Assembly (NCBI GenBank): GCA_030690415.1
Contig: JAUYGZ010000012.1
Coordinates: forward strand, 19,325 to 83,324
DNA length: 64,000 nucleotides
Direction: 5' to 3'
Source: a bacterium
Lineage (GTDB): Bacteria > Patescibacteriota > Gracilibacteria > JAUYGZ01
Shown: piece by piece, positions 62,849 to 64,000 of the stretch
How the letters are laid out: each line of letters starts with the position of its first letter
How positions within the stretch are numbered: the stretch's first letter is position 1
The notes under the pieces: generated by a model
Seen by the model: the letters and a program-made list of their open reading frames with translations, nothing else
What the model was told of the DNA's origin: nothing
Database searches by the model: none
Made by a program: the position numbers and the translations under genes

Positions 62849-63991
62849 TTACTCCTCCGGCTCCTCCGGTGCCGCGCAATACCCCTCCTGCCAATTCGCG
62901 AAAGTCCAAAACCGATCATAAATACTCTTCAGCAGACTATAGTGTGTTTTAGTGGAGGGAGTACTCTCAGAATATTCCTTCACATCTGCTTTAAAAAGCT
63001 GAGTGGAAACATCAGCAAGAAGAACATCCAACAGTGCCGTCGTCCCCGTTTGAGCTCCATACAAGCCATTGTAACGAGCTCGCAACCCTTCAAAGTGCAA
63101 ATTTTTGGCCTTTAGCAAATCATTCAGTGATCGCTGCTGGAGCAGGTACCCGATATCCTCCCCCACTTCATCAATCACATCTGCGGTAGCCTGGCTTGGC
63201 CCCAGCTCACCGGAATTGAAGGTAAACCCTGAGCACTCCGCCAGCTTGCTCCAGCCCTCTGAACCACCGGTAAAATTGAGGAGATTCACATCCGCGCAAT
63301 CCGGATTCGCCCGACAATACACATGCCCATTCGCTGAGCCAATGACCGGAAGATCAGCCGTGCTTCGACCGGATTCCCGGTACATGGCCTCAAGACGGGA
63401 GCAGAGCTTCTGAAAAGTCCTCTCCTGACTATCTTCGAAACGCTCAGAGAGAGAAAGCCTGGAGCTCAACGCTCCCTTTTTATCTGACTTCACCCCCAGC
63501 ACCGCTTCGACAAACTGCGACAAATGCTCTCCTATTTTCTTCAAACTCTCTGAACTGGAAGATCCCACCTTATTCAGCGCCATGGTATGGTAATCGATCA
63601 GACCCAGATACATTCCGCGTAATCTCCAGACCTGCTCCAATTTCTTTTGAGTTTCAGGAGGGATTTGCCCGGACTCAAGCACCTGCTGGTCTTTCAGGAG
63701 TGAGCTTTCCAGCCGTAAACTTTCTGCTTCAACCTGTAGATACCGCTCCTGAGCTTTTTCAAGAATCAGCTTCAAGCTTTCCTGAAAAGCCTCAAACTGC
63801 TGTTCCGCACTTGTTTTATCCGGTTCGGGAATAGCTCCCTCTGCTGCTCGTCGACATTGCTCACCATACTCATCACGGATCAATATCTGATTTCTCGCCA
63901 CGAAATCAGCGAAACCCTCATAATAATTGCCTTCAGTATCTCGAAAACGATTTCCATCAGGAATCAGTGAGAAGGTAAAGGTCATCAACAA
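62849..63991 (-). CDS. Hypothetical protein (coiled-coil N-terminal half, Cys-containing C-terminal half); 5' end may extend beyond the window
   Basis: The track ORF starts at a TTG at 63991, with the first ATG at 63985. The frame stays open to position 64000. No recognisable family. Confidence 0.6.
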   Translation of the reverse strand: MLMTFTFSLIPDGNRFRDTEGNYYEGFADFVARNQILIRDEYGEQCRRAAEGAIPEPDKTSAEQQFEAFQESLKLILEKAQERYLQVEAESLRLESSLLKDQQVLESGQIPPETQKKLEQVWRLRGMYLGLIDYHTMALNKVGSSSSESLKKIGEHLSQFVEAVLGVKSDKKGALSSRLSLSERFEDSQERTFQKLCSRLEAMYRESGRSTADLPVIGSANGHVYCRANPDCADVNLLNFTGGSEGWSKLAECSGFTFNSGELGPSQATADVIDEVGEDIGYLLQQRSLNDLLKAKNLHFEGLRARYNGLYGAQTGTTALLDVLLADVSTQLFKADVKEYSESTPSTKTHYSLLKSIYDRFWTFANWQEGYCAAPEEPEE

Positions 63992-64000
63992 ATTTTCTGC

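Overview
Gene-dense 64-kb bacterial chromosomal window, read with the standard code: TGA, TAA and TAG all act as stops and every housekeeping ORF is intact. It holds about 58 protein genes, one canonical tRNA (Asn-GTT) and one aberrant tRNA-like gene. There is no rRNA and no CRISPR array. The left 11.2 kb holds two tandem giant minus-strand surface proteins built from repeated modules with phage-tail-fibre signature motifs. One of them is cut by the window edge and is missing from the supplied ORF track. The rest mixes three kinds of content. Core genes: pnp, rpsO, priA, glyQS, ribD/ribA/ribB/ribH/ribE plus a HAD phosphatase, purD, rpmA, argH, a cold-shock protein, a DEAD-box helicase, typA, nadB, nadC, gpmA, hpf, pcrA, yggT, argS. 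Envelope genes: four SLH-domain loci (one fused to a cupredoxin) and small Lpp-like lipoproteins. Small accessory patches: VapBC, a REP/RAYT locus with REP palindromes inside the transposase ORF, a one-protein HTH-GHKL ATPase-STAS-like module, a DUF4258-like putative toxin and a DUF4143-type AAA ATPase. The recurrent unusual theme is short repeat elements sitting in frame inside conserved genes. A Lys/Asp-coding 9-nt-periodic repeat occurs three times in nadB and again at the ribH/ribB junction and upstream of hpf. A GC hairpin element sits in argS, and REP palindromes sit in the RAYT gene. Other oddities: a duplicated typA start forming a uORF that differs from typA only at synonymous sites, a duplicated 3' end of tRNA-Asn, and inverted rearranged tRNA fragments beside the aberrant tRNA. 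S15 carries a ~60-aa Lys/Ala-rich N-terminal tail, and Shine-Dalgarno sequences are nearly absent. Lineage guess (inference only): an uncultivated, possibly Peregrinibacteria/CPR-like bacterium. All calls rest on reading the sequence and remembered family motifs; no database search was run.
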